NCBI GenBank assembly: GCA_021846045.1
Contig: JAJZCM010000002.1
Location: 16,585 to 80,584, forward strand
Origin: a bacterium
GTDB lineage: Bacteria; Elusimicrobiota; Elusimicrobia; UBA1565; UBA9628
Reading direction: 5' to 3'
Length of the DNA: 64,000 nucleotides
Shown here: positions 46,811 to 55,085 of the stretch, piece after piece
Layout: every line of letters starts with the position of its first letter
How positions within the stretch are numbered: position 1 is the first letter of the stretch
Notes under the pieces: model-generated
What the model was told of the DNA's origin: nothing
Seen by the model: only the letters and a program-made list of their open reading frames with translations
The model's database searches: none
Position numbers and translations under genes: made by a program

Positions 46811-48259
46811 CTATTTATTCTTAAGAAGAGACTTCGCAGCTTTGAGGACGATGTCTGTTATGGCGGGGCCGACGGAATTGGTTTCCTCATAATGATCGCC
46901 CTTGGGGCGCGGTTCCATGATGAGGTCCTGGGTCGCTTTAAAGTCATAACCGGGAACCATGTAGCCGAGTTCATCATTGGCGAGTCCGGCCACGATTTTT
47001 ATTTTCCCCGGCATTTCATCCCAGAGATACGGCCCTTTCGGCGCTTTAGAAAGGTCCGGCGGGTTGGGGTTGTTCGGCTTAATCAAGGGATGTCCAAAGC
47101 GGTAGCGCCCGTGATATCCGCCGATGACGAGTTCCGGGAAAATCTCTCCGGGAATCCCCAAAATGGTCAGCGGCCCGATTCTGATGAGACTCACCTCGCT
47201 TTTGATCCAGGGACTTTCCTCCGGTTTAAGCAGATGAAAAGCATGCTTAAGCGCGATCCAGTAGGGGCTCTCTTTGAGGGGCGTTCCGTCTTTCAAAAAG
47301 AGTTTATGCCCGAAAACGAGCGAATAAAGAAAAAGGAGATAGCGCGAATTCTGGACGGGGATAAAAAGGGTCTGGCTGGATACGGAAATTTTTGAGCTCG
47401 AGATAGGCAAGGCCTTCGGAAGATTTTGAAGCGCGAAATCGGCGACGGCTTTCCCGATGCGCTCATTTTCCTCCCAAGAGCCGTCCTTTCCTTTTATTTC
47501 TTCTGGAGTGAGCAGTCCGCCGATGGGGCCGTTGATAAAAACGCAGGCGCCTCCGGATTTTTGTTCTACGCGGTTGCAGAGAACCCCAGGGAAGTCGGCG
47601 GTTAGAAATTTGTTGGCGTGATTGAGAACTTCCGCATGGCAGGGCCAGTGGATGAGATTGGCCACGGTTTTTCCGGCGCGGTCTTGAACGTGGATGACGG
47701 AAAAATAAGGGTCTATGACAACAGGGTCACGGCTGTCGCGGCAAAGCCCGTTGGGCGCGAGTTCTTTCGTGATCCCGGACAGACGGACGGGTTTGAGATT
47801 TTGCGATAATTCTTTGATTTTCTCAGAGACAGACTTTTCGATTCTTTGAAGATATTGGGAATTGACTCCAGAAACTCCGGGCCAAGGTCCCCACAGTCCC
47901 AAAGTGTCCGGGCCGGAGTGATCATGGGTTGAAGCGACAAAAAGATAGCGGCCGGGCCGGTCAAAGCCGGAAATTTTTCTTAAGTCTTCGACTTGATTGC
48001 GAAAAAATCCGATCAGGTCCAATCCGACGATCGCGAGAGTTTCCTTTTTGTCGGACAAGACGAGAATGCGGGCGTAAAGGGGGTCATGAACGCCGACGGG
48101 AGTTCTCCCCATGAATCCGTATCCGGCAAGATAGGTTTTTTCCGTGGCGAGATTTGGAGTGATGTCCACTTTGCCGGCGGCGGCCCGCATCGAAGCGTGA
48201 AGAGAGGCGGCTGTTGACGATAAAACACAAAAAAGAACGAGAATTTTTAAAGACCTCAT
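46811..48259 (-). CDS. neutral/alkaline ceramidase-family secreted hydrolase
   Basis: Signal peptide. The N-terminal region (GKVDITP...YLAGYGF...HDPLYARILVL) matches the neutral ceramidase N-terminal domain. Confidence 0.55.
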   Translation of the reverse strand: MRSLKILVLFCVLSSTAASLHASMRAAAGKVDITPNLATEKTYLAGYGFMGRTPVGVHDPLYARILVLSDKKETLAIVGLDLIGFFRNQVEDLRKISGFDRPGRYLFVASTHDHSGPDTLGLWGPWPGVSGVNSQYLQRIEKSVSEKIKELSQNLKPVRLSGITKELAPNGLCRDSRDPVVIDPYFSVIHVQDRAGKTVANLIHWPCHAEVLNHANKFLTADFPGVLCNRVEQKSGGACVFINGPIGGLLTPEEIKGKDGSWEENERIGKAVADFALQNLPKALPISSSKISVSSQTLFIPVQNSRYLLFLYSLVFGHKLFLKDGTPLKESPYWIALKHAFHLLKPEESPWIKSEVSLIRIGPLTILGIPGEIFPELVIGGYHGRYRFGHPLIKPNNPNPPDLSKAPKGPYLWDEMPGKIKIVAGLANDELGYMVPGYDFKATQDLIMEPRPKGDHYEETNSVGPAITDIVLKAAKSLLKNK

Positions 48260-48297
48260 ACCACGATTCTACATTAATATTGTAAAATCAAAAAGTT

Positions 48298-48370
48298 GAG
48301 CCCGTAGCTCAGGGGTAGAGCATTCGCCTTTTAAGCGAGGGGTCGTGGGTTCGAATCCCACCGGGCTCAC
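48298..48370 (+). tRNA. tRNA-Lys (anticodon TTT)
   Basis: GAGCCCG acceptor, anticodon loop CTTTTAA, T-arm GGTTCGAATCC. Confidence 0.85.
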
Positions 48371-48383
48371 AGCGATTTTTTAA

Positions 48384-48455
48384 GCCCCCGTCGTCTAACG
48401 GTTAGGACGCGGCCCTTTCAAGGCCGAAACACGAGTTCGATTCTCGTCGGGGGCA
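48384..48455 (+). tRNA. tRNA-Glu (anticodon TTC)
   Basis: GCCCCCG acceptor, anticodon stem CGGCC/GGCCG with loop CTTTCAA, T-arm AGTTCGATTCT. Confidence 0.85.
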
Positions 48456-48517
48456 TGAATCTCCTGCCAGGCTTTCCTCTATTGACAGTCCACCGCTTGT
48501 CCGTTACACTTTGATGT

Positions 48518-51187
48518 GTGCCGATGAGACAATCCCGGGGAATCTCGATTATTGAAGTAATGGTGACCGTCGCTTTAATCGCGGTCGGGGCCATGGCCTT
48601 TGTCAGCGCTTTTCGAGGCATTAACCGAGCCTTGCAATCGTCGCGGATGCGGACCATTGCGACCAATTTGGCGCAAGAGGAAGTGGAATATCTCAAGAAT
48701 TTTTCCTATTACAATCTCTTAGTTACGACCTCAACCTCCGTCAATAATAATTTTAGCCCCAACCTCAGCTACGATAATGCCTCCTACCCTCCCCAGGCCT
48801 TCGGTTATTGGGGGAATTCGCTAACAAGGGCGGTCTATATTCAGTATGCGGTTCCCGTGGGTGGGCAGATTCAGCCTTTACCTTGGTCAGCCAACGACCC
48901 CGGGCTTAAAATGATTACCGTTTATGTGTGGTGGAATGATGGAACGTCTTGGCGCGACGTTGAAATGCAAAATCTTTTAGAAAATCCAAATATCGCTACT
49001 CTCAATTCTCAAATCACGGGCTTTGTCTACGATGCTTCCGCCGGAAATGTTCCGTTATCCGGGGCTATTGTCAGCGTTTTAGGAAGCCCTCAGTGGAATA
49101 GCGAGTCAGGGTTCAACGGAAGTTTCAGTTTGAGCGTTGCGGCAGGGTCCTACACCGTGGTTGCCTCCTCCATCGGTTTTTTTTCCGAATCGTCTCCCTT
49201 GTTGTCCGCTCCTTCCGGCGGTTCCGTGAACCAGAGTTTCTATTTGACTCAAATGGCTTCCGGAACCGTTATTTCTAACAGCGTTTATTTTTCCAGTCAT
49301 GTCTTGGTTAGTCAAGTCGTTGCCGACACAAAAACGGTGGTTGGAGACGGCACCAGCCAGGATGTGCAATATGTCGAACTTTTTAATCCCACGACCGGAG
49401 TTGTTTCCGTCGCCAGTGACGTCTCGGGTCCCGGATGTTCAAATTCGGTGACCCCATTGGTTCAATTCAATTACTATTGTGGAAATGGCTTAAGCTGCAC
49501 ATCCAATGGTCAGACCTTAATTCCATTGTGTTATATCTCGTCTTCGGTCGTATCCGGCGGCTATTATCTTGTCGCCAATACGACCGAGAGTTTTTTTGTG
49601 GATGGGACGACGGTTTCTCCGGATGCGTACTTTAAAAATAATTATTATCCGGAATATAACTGGTCTAGTTCGCCCACGACAGAACTCATCCAGACTGGTC
49701 ACGCGGGGGCCGTTCAAATCCAAGGTTCTGGAACTTTAGGCAGCGGCGTAATTGATGAGGTCGGTTGGTCTAATACCGTCAATGGACACAACCCGCAGAT
49801 ATCTTGGGGAAACCCTATTCCCCAAAAAGGAGGCATTCAAAGCGGAGATCAAATCGTGAGGATGTCAAGCCCGTGCGCGGTCGTAGCCGGTCTTGGCCGG
49901 GCGTATGATACCCAGGACAACGCCGATAATTTTGGCTATGATACGACTGGAGTGGGAGGGAGTTATTTCATAAATCCCGCTTATGACAGCTTGTCTTCAA
50001 CCCAGTCTTTAATTGCCGGGGATCCCGCAATAGGAGGCTACGCCTCTTCTGATGACGGGCTTTCCGCCCCTGCCGTTATTGCGGAATCTCTTTTGCCCAA
50101 TCCCTTTGATTCAACGCCGCCCGCCGGGTATTGCCCTTACGCCGGTTTTAATTTGACCAATGTCGCGACTGGGACCTGGACGGTGATGGCGGCCAGCGGA
50201 ACTTACGAACAAACAATTTCAAGCGTAACGATTTCCGCGTCCGGTCAAACGATTGCGCTTCTTAACCCCTTTACTATTCCGGTTTCCTCTTTCGCGCCGG
50301 AAGGTTTTGTTCCCCTCTCTTCCTCCGCTGCCGGCGGATACATCGCGGGAACGGTGACGAGCGTTCAGGGAGTTCCTTTAGGGGGCATCACTATCTTGGG
50401 AGGAGCAGGAAGCGTCGTGACTAATTCCGCCGGCTTTTATTTCCTTTTTTCCTCCACGGGTTCGGCTTCTCTTGGGACGGCGATATCGGTAACGGCCAAT
50501 CCCAACCAGGAAGACCCCCTTTATGTGAGCGCCATGGCTTCGGTGGATGTTTATGCCGGGGAAGTGGCGGATCAGAATTTTGTCTTATCCCAGGGAGGAG
50601 AAGTGGTCGGATACGCGACCAGCGGGCTTGCGGCTTTGCCCGGCATTGTCTTTGTCGCTTCCAACACGGAAACCTCTCAAGCTGGGACCAGCGATGATAC
50701 CGGACATTTTTATATCGCCAATTTGACGACCGGTACCTATACGGTTACGCCCCAGCTTTCTACGGGACAAACGTCAAGCCCGCCGCAGGTTTCGGTCAAC
50801 ATAACGAACGGAAGTTTAGCGGTTTTTTCCGCGAGCTTTACCATCTCGGGAATCATGGGAAACTTTACGGGCACGGTCTCTGCCGGGGGGAGCCCGGTGA
50901 CGACGGGCGTCATCATCCTGGCTTCAACTGGAACTCTTTCTTATCCTCCGCCCAACGTTACGGGTTCAGGGGCCGGACAAATTTACTATGCGACGATGAG
51001 TCAACCGGACGGTTCTTACTCCTTGCCCGTGCGCGGCAGTAATTCTTCGACTTCATATACCTATAATTTGCTGGCGATTTATCCTTCGGTCAACGAGGGA
51101 AACGGCGCGGTTAGCGTTGTTTCTCAAACGCAAAGCGGCTCGGTCGACGCCGGCCAAAATCAGTCGGTTAATTTCTCGGGATTATGA
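48518..51187 (+). CDS. giant type IV pilin-like protein (prepilin N-terminus + about 850-aa Ig/CarboxypepD_reg-like repeat region), module 1
   Basis: Class III signal RG|ISIIEVMVTVALIAVGAMAF (Gly-1, Glu+5). Long Ser/Thr/Gly-rich beta-repeat body. Paralogue of 55079-57634. Confidence 0.75.
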   Translation: MPMRQSRGISIIEVMVTVALIAVGAMAFVSAFRGINRALQSSRMRTIATNLAQEEVEYLKNFSYYNLLVTTSTSVNNNFSPNLSYDNASYPPQAFGYWGNSLTRAVYIQYAVPVGGQIQPLPWSANDPGLKMITVYVWWNDGTSWRDVEMQNLLENPNIATLNSQITGFVYDASAGNVPLSGAIVSVLGSPQWNSESGFNGSFSLSVAAGSYTVVASSIGFFSESSPLLSAPSGGSVNQSFYLTQMASGTVISNSVYFSSHVLVSQVVADTKTVVGDGTSQDVQYVELFNPTTGVVSVASDVSGPGCSNSVTPLVQFNYYCGNGLSCTSNGQTLIPLCYISSSVVSGGYYLVANTTESFFVDGTTVSPDAYFKNNYYPEYNWSSSPTTELIQTGHAGAVQIQGSGTLGSGVIDEVGWSNTVNGHNPQISWGNPIPQKGGIQSGDQIVRMSSPCAVVAGLGRAYDTQDNADNFGYDTTGVGGSYFINPAYDSLSSTQSLIAGDPAIGGYASSDDGLSAPAVIAESLLPNPFDSTPPAGYCPYAGFNLTNVATGTWTVMAASGTYEQTISSVTISASGQTIALLNPFTIPVSSFAPEGFVPLSSSAAGGYIAGTVTSVQGVPLGGITILGGAGSVVTNSAGFYFLFSSTGSASLGTAISVTANPNQEDPLYVSAMASVDVYAGEVADQNFVLSQGGEVVGYATSGLAALPGIVFVASNTETSQAGTSDDTGHFYIANLTTGTYTVTPQLSTGQTSSPPQVSVNITNGSLAVFSASFTISGIMGNFTGTVSAGGSPVTTGVIILASTGTLSYPPPNVTGSGAGQIYYATMSQPDGSYSLPVRGSNSSTSYTYNLLAIYPSVNEGNGAVSVVSQTQSGSVDAGQNQSVNFSGL

Positions 51188-51690
51188 AAAAATCTGGCGA
51201 TAGACGGCTTCTTCAAGGCTATACCCTCGTTGAAGTCATGATTACGGTCGCGATTATGTCGGTGGTGGCCGCTCTTATTTCTCCATTGCTGACGAATATG
51301 ACCAGTTTCTGGCGCTTGACCCAGGCCCGAACCGTTATTGAGAGAGACGCCCGTGTTTCCATGGATTTGATGAATCGGGCCATTCGCCAGGCGCAGAGCT
51401 CGACGATTATTCTTTCTAGTTATCCGAATGAGCCCCCCTATTCGGAAATTAGTTTTACCGATATAAAGGGTAATTTAGTTTCTTTTTATCAACAGGGAAA
51501 TTATCTCTATGAAAAATTCAATACCACGGTTTCCATGTTGACCAAGAATCTGGAATTTGTATCGTTTACTTTTCCGGATAGTTCCCAGACCGGTATATTG
51601 TCGGTGGCGATGACGACTCAGAAAAGCACTTATTTAGGCCGCAGCAAGGCCTTGGAGCTTTCCATTGAAGAAGTCCGGATTATGAATTGA
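51184..51690 (+). CDS. minor pilin/pseudopilin, module 1
   Basis: G|YTLVEVMITVAIMSVVAAL prepilin motif. 168 aa. Translationally coupled. Confidence 0.75.
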   Translation: MKKSGDRRLLQGYTLVEVMITVAIMSVVAALISPLLTNMTSFWRLTQARTVIERDARVSMDLMNRAIRQAQSSTIILSSYPNEPPYSEISFTDIKGNLVSFYQQGNYLYEKFNTTVSMLTKNLEFVSFTFPDSSQTGILSVAMTTQKSTYLGRSKALELSIEEVRIMN

Positions 51691-52952
51691 TGAAAATCCT
51701 CCAAAACAAGTCTCGCGGTCAAGTCTCGATGGGGGCGATGGCGCTTTTAATTGGACTCATGATCCTCGGATCCGCGATGGTTTCCTATATTTTTTATGAA
51801 TCGAAATGGACGGTCAAAGAGCAAAAGACGACGGTGGCTTTTCAATTGGCCGAAGCGGCGACCGAGCGCGGTTATTGGGAAATCAGCCAGCTGAGTTCTC
51901 CAACGGCCAATATTCCGATCTCCGGATACAACTTTGATCAGGAATACAGCGACTTATCTGGGGGGAGCTACGCGATAGAGATTTCCAGCGATTCTGCGAG
52001 CGATATCATCATTACCGGAATTGGGCGGGATAATTTAAAAAAAGAGACGCGCGAGATAGAGTCTCTCTACGAAAATGGAAGCGGAGGAAAAAACGCGATT
52101 GTCGGGGGAGGCGGCGTAGACGCGAGCGGGACCAATATGCATGTGGAATGGGGAGCGATTATCAGCCAGAGTTCGATGACGGCCAATTCCTCGCGACTTC
52201 ACCCGTCTTTGTGGAGCAGCGGCGAGATATCTCCCTTTGACACTGCGAATACTCCGTCTAACTGCGATTCTCCCAACTGTTGGTGGTGGCATGCCTATGA
52301 TCCCAACCTGCCGCCGATGCCTTCGCTCAATTTTACCTACTATGAGAATTTAGCCCAATCCGAGGGCGCAAGCCCCTGCGGCGGCAGCTACTATACCAAT
52401 GGGAGCCGTTCCGGAAGCTGCAGCGATTTAAGCGGAAATACTTACTACGTCACCGGAAATTGGACTTCCTTTGACGGTCCGATTTTTGGAAATGTCATCG
52501 TGCTGGGCGATATGACGACTCCCAACGGCGTTTTGAGCGGTGAGGCGATTTCCGCCGCCATGCCTCAAAACGCTTGGGCGCAATATTGCAATGATTGGAA
52601 TTTTTATTTAACTACCTATAACGACACATACGCGCAATCCCACTATCCCAGCGCTTGTCCGGGTCTCAGCAGCAGTTACTTGTCGTCTCCCGCCATTACT
52701 TATCCCATCAGCCCGGCTGTTCAGGGACTTCTCTATGTGGGCGGGGATTTTACCGGTCCCAATGGAGGCGGAAACAGCGTGTTGACTTACGGAGTCCTGA
52801 TGGTTTCCGGCAATGTTCACCTCAATTCCAATTCCCATGTCGCGGTTTATTATGATGCCAATGTTGGGGACAATCTCCATGTGACTAAGACCAGCTACTC
52901 CCGCGTCGAATGGCAAGAAATTCAGCCCATTTGGCCGAGTGGACTTCCGTGA
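51687..52952 (+). CDS. PilX-like minor pilin/tip-associated protein, module 1
   Basis: N-terminal hydrophobic pilin-like helix (G|QVSMGAMALLIGLMILG) and a KEQKTTVAFQLAEAATERGYWE PilX_N-like block. Paralogue of 52960-54474. Confidence 0.6.
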   Translation: MMKILQNKSRGQVSMGAMALLIGLMILGSAMVSYIFYESKWTVKEQKTTVAFQLAEAATERGYWEISQLSSPTANIPISGYNFDQEYSDLSGGSYAIEISSDSASDIIITGIGRDNLKKETREIESLYENGSGGKNAIVGGGGVDASGTNMHVEWGAIISQSSMTANSSRLHPSLWSSGEISPFDTANTPSNCDSPNCWWWHAYDPNLPPMPSLNFTYYENLAQSEGASPCGGSYYTNGSRSGSCSDLSGNTYYVTGNWTSFDGPIFGNVIVLGDMTTPNGVLSGEAISAAMPQNAWAQYCNDWNFYLTTYNDTYAQSHYPSACPGLSSSYLSSPAITYPISPAVQGLLYVGGDFTGPNGGGNSVLTYGVLMVSGNVHLNSNSHVAVYYDANVGDNLHVTKTSYSRVEWQEIQPIWPSGLP

Positions 52953-52959
52953 AGCGCGT

Positions 52960-54474
52960 TTAAGGCCAGGATTGAGGCTTAGTGTCCTGCCAATCCGTTT
53001 GGACCAAGACGACGTTTAAAGTCGGAACCTGGAGTTGGTCATTGTAGAATATTCCGCAGAAACTGCTCAGACAATTGGGGTCTCCCGAAGGACAACTGGC
53101 CGCGACCGAACCATTGACCCAGACGGCGCCGTTAAAATCCATGAAATTTTTGATGATCAAATTCCCGCCAACATAGGTAAATCCCCGCACTCCGACGGTA
53201 TTGACCCATCCGCAGGTCATCGTGTTAGGGGGCTTGCTTGGGAAGCAAAATGAATTAGTTCCGAAAGCCCAGGTGGCCGCGCTTTGGTGGTAGCCAATGT
53301 CTGCGGGATATTCGCCGCTGGCAGGCGTGTCATAGCGGGTTTCCGTGAATTTCTGATGCTGCCGCCAGGCATTAGCTGGGACGTGCCCGGTATAATCATA
53401 ATCGCCGCCGCTGTCGATGGTCAGTTTTCCGCGAACGATGATGGTGCCTTGTAGCCCGGAATCGAGTCCGGCCGAGGGCGCCGCGCCTTGTCCGGTGAAG
53501 GTCACGTCCCCATCCCAATACCAGACGTAATTGGTATTGGGATGATATTGCGGGGAAAAAGGGTGATTCCAATTGTTTCCAAAATGGCAATAGGGTCCGT
53601 AACAAGCTCCTCCCGTTGGGCTGGAATAATGCGGAGAGCCTGTCGGGCAAGTTCCTTTATTGGCCCAGGGAGCGCGTCCTGTCATGTTGGCCCCGGTCGT
53701 CGGATCGGTGTAGTTGGAGCTTTTTCTGCAGCCGTAAACATTGAGGGTATGGGTGGCGGCGGCCGAGGAGCGAAGAGCGGCGAAATCGAGAATCGGGAGT
53801 TCCGGAACCTTGGGGTAATTGGCCCACCATTCGATGCCGTCGGTGTTGGGCGGCAAGGGCCAGCTGGTGTCCCGCGGGTTTGCGGCGGTTCCAATGACGT
53901 CAGCCCGCGCGTATTTTTGTGGGAAATACCATTGAGCGGTGGTGTTATCGAGGGTGATATTACCTTGAGAGATAATGGGGCCCCAAAAGATGCTGACCCC
54001 TTTGGAATAGCTGACGTTCCCCTGCGTCAGAAGCGGGCTATAAACCGTCTCATTTTGAAAAATGGCCTCAATTTCCCTGAGTTCATGCGTGGAATTGTCC
54101 CGCCCTTCGCCGTAAATCGTAATTCCGCCATTCGCGGCGGAAGTGATGAGAATGCGATATTCTCCGCCTGGGATATCGCCGTAATTTTTATCGAATTGAT
54201 ATCCGGGAAACGGGGTTCCCGCCGACATCTCCGCGAAAGTTCCCGTTGAGCTTTTGGCTTTCCAATAGCCGCGGTTGACCGCCGCTTCGGCGAGGTTCAG
54301 AGCAGCGGTTGATTTTTGGTTTTTGACCGAGGTTCTTGCCTCCGATTGGACCCATTGAACGACCGCCGGAACGATGGCCAGAAGAAGAAGCATCAAAAGC
54401 AAGGTTCCGACCAATATCTGCCCGAAGTCTTTTCTAAACAAAATATTTTTCTTCATATTAGTGTAGTGATTCAT
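52960..54474 (-). CDS. PilX-like minor pilin/tip-associated protein, module 2
   Basis: FGQILVGTLLLMLLLLAIV helix and a KNQKSTAALNLAEAAVNRGYWK block. Start taken at an internal Met so that REP copy R3 is intergenic. Confidence 0.6.
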   Translation of the reverse strand: MNHYTNMKKNILFRKDFGQILVGTLLLMLLLLAIVPAVVQWVQSEARTSVKNQKSTAALNLAEAAVNRGYWKAKSSTGTFAEMSAGTPFPGYQFDKNYGDIPGGEYRILITSAANGGITIYGEGRDNSTHELREIEAIFQNETVYSPLLTQGNVSYSKGVSIFWGPIISQGNITLDNTTAQWYFPQKYARADVIGTAANPRDTSWPLPPNTDGIEWWANYPKVPELPILDFAALRSSAAATHTLNVYGCRKSSNYTDPTTGANMTGRAPWANKGTCPTGSPHYSSPTGGACYGPYCHFGNNWNHPFSPQYHPNTNYVWYWDGDVTFTGQGAAPSAGLDSGLQGTIIVRGKLTIDSGGDYDYTGHVPANAWRQHQKFTETRYDTPASGEYPADIGYHQSAATWAFGTNSFCFPSKPPNTMTCGWVNTVGVRGFTYVGGNLIIKNFMDFNGAVWVNGSVAASCPSGDPNCLSSFCGIFYNDQLQVPTLNVVLVQTDWQDTKPQSWP

Positions 54475-54490
54475 AAATTCCTTCACATTC

Positions 54491-54556
54491 GTCACCCCGA
54501 CGAAAGTCGGGGTCCAGAGCATCGATCTTCTAGATTCCGGCTTTCGCCGGAATGAC
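54491..54556 (+). repeat. REP-like two-hairpin repeat element, copy R3 (truncated, intergenic)
   Basis: GTCACCCCGACGAAAGTCGGGGTCCAGAGC...GATTCCGGCTTTCGCCGGAATGAC. Confidence 0.8.
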
Positions 54557-54593
54557 GGCCTTTCCAATGTAAAGAAGTGTTGGAATCACTATA

Positions 54594-55085
54594 TCAGTTC
54601 ATGACCTCGACTTCTTCAGAGGCCATGTGAAGCGCCTTGGAGCCTCCTTGATAAATTCCGGTTTGAAACGTGATGGAGACGGAAATAATGTTCATGTCAT
54701 CGGAGCGCGGAAAAGTAAACGCAAGATAGATTATATCTTGAGATAAGATTTTGGTCATATTCCCCACTTGCATTTCAAGAAGATTCCCATTTTGGAAAAA
54801 ACTCATCGTCGCTCCTTGCGAGGTTGTGAAGGTAATTTGGGAATAGTAGGGCTCACTCGTAGAATAGCGGCTGAGCGTGATCGTTGAGCTTTGAGCTTGC
54901 CTGAGATTGCGGGTAATTACGTAGAGAATGCTGCGCCCCTCCTCTTGAAGCTGAACCTTGGAATTGGAAAGCATGAAGTATCGGTTGGCTTGCACGGTGA
55001 GGCCAGCGCCGACGGATATGAGAATTCCGGTGATGGCGACGACCATCATCATTTCAAGCAGGGTATACCCGTTTTTTTTCACCAT
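54594..55085 (-). CDS. minor pilin/pseudopilin, module 2
   Basis: G|YTLLEMMMVVAITGILIS prepilin motif. 163 aa. Confidence 0.75.
   Translation of the reverse strand: MVKKNGYTLLEMMMVVAITGILISVGAGLTVQANRYFMLSNSKVQLQEEGRSILYVITRNLRQAQSSTITLSRYSTSEPYYSQITFTTSQGATMSFFQNGNLLEMQVGNMTKILSQDIIYLAFTFPRSDDMNIISVSITFQTGIYQGGSKALHMASEEVEVMN

Noticed and set aside
53488-54249. 253-aa plus-strand ORF inside the PilX-like gene (module 2), plus other long antisense ORFs (e.g. 14351-14927, 16253-16705 in acnA; 26239-26760 in sufC/D)
   Set aside because: These are antisense shadows of well-supported genes in a mid/high-GC genome. They have no motifs or translation signals.
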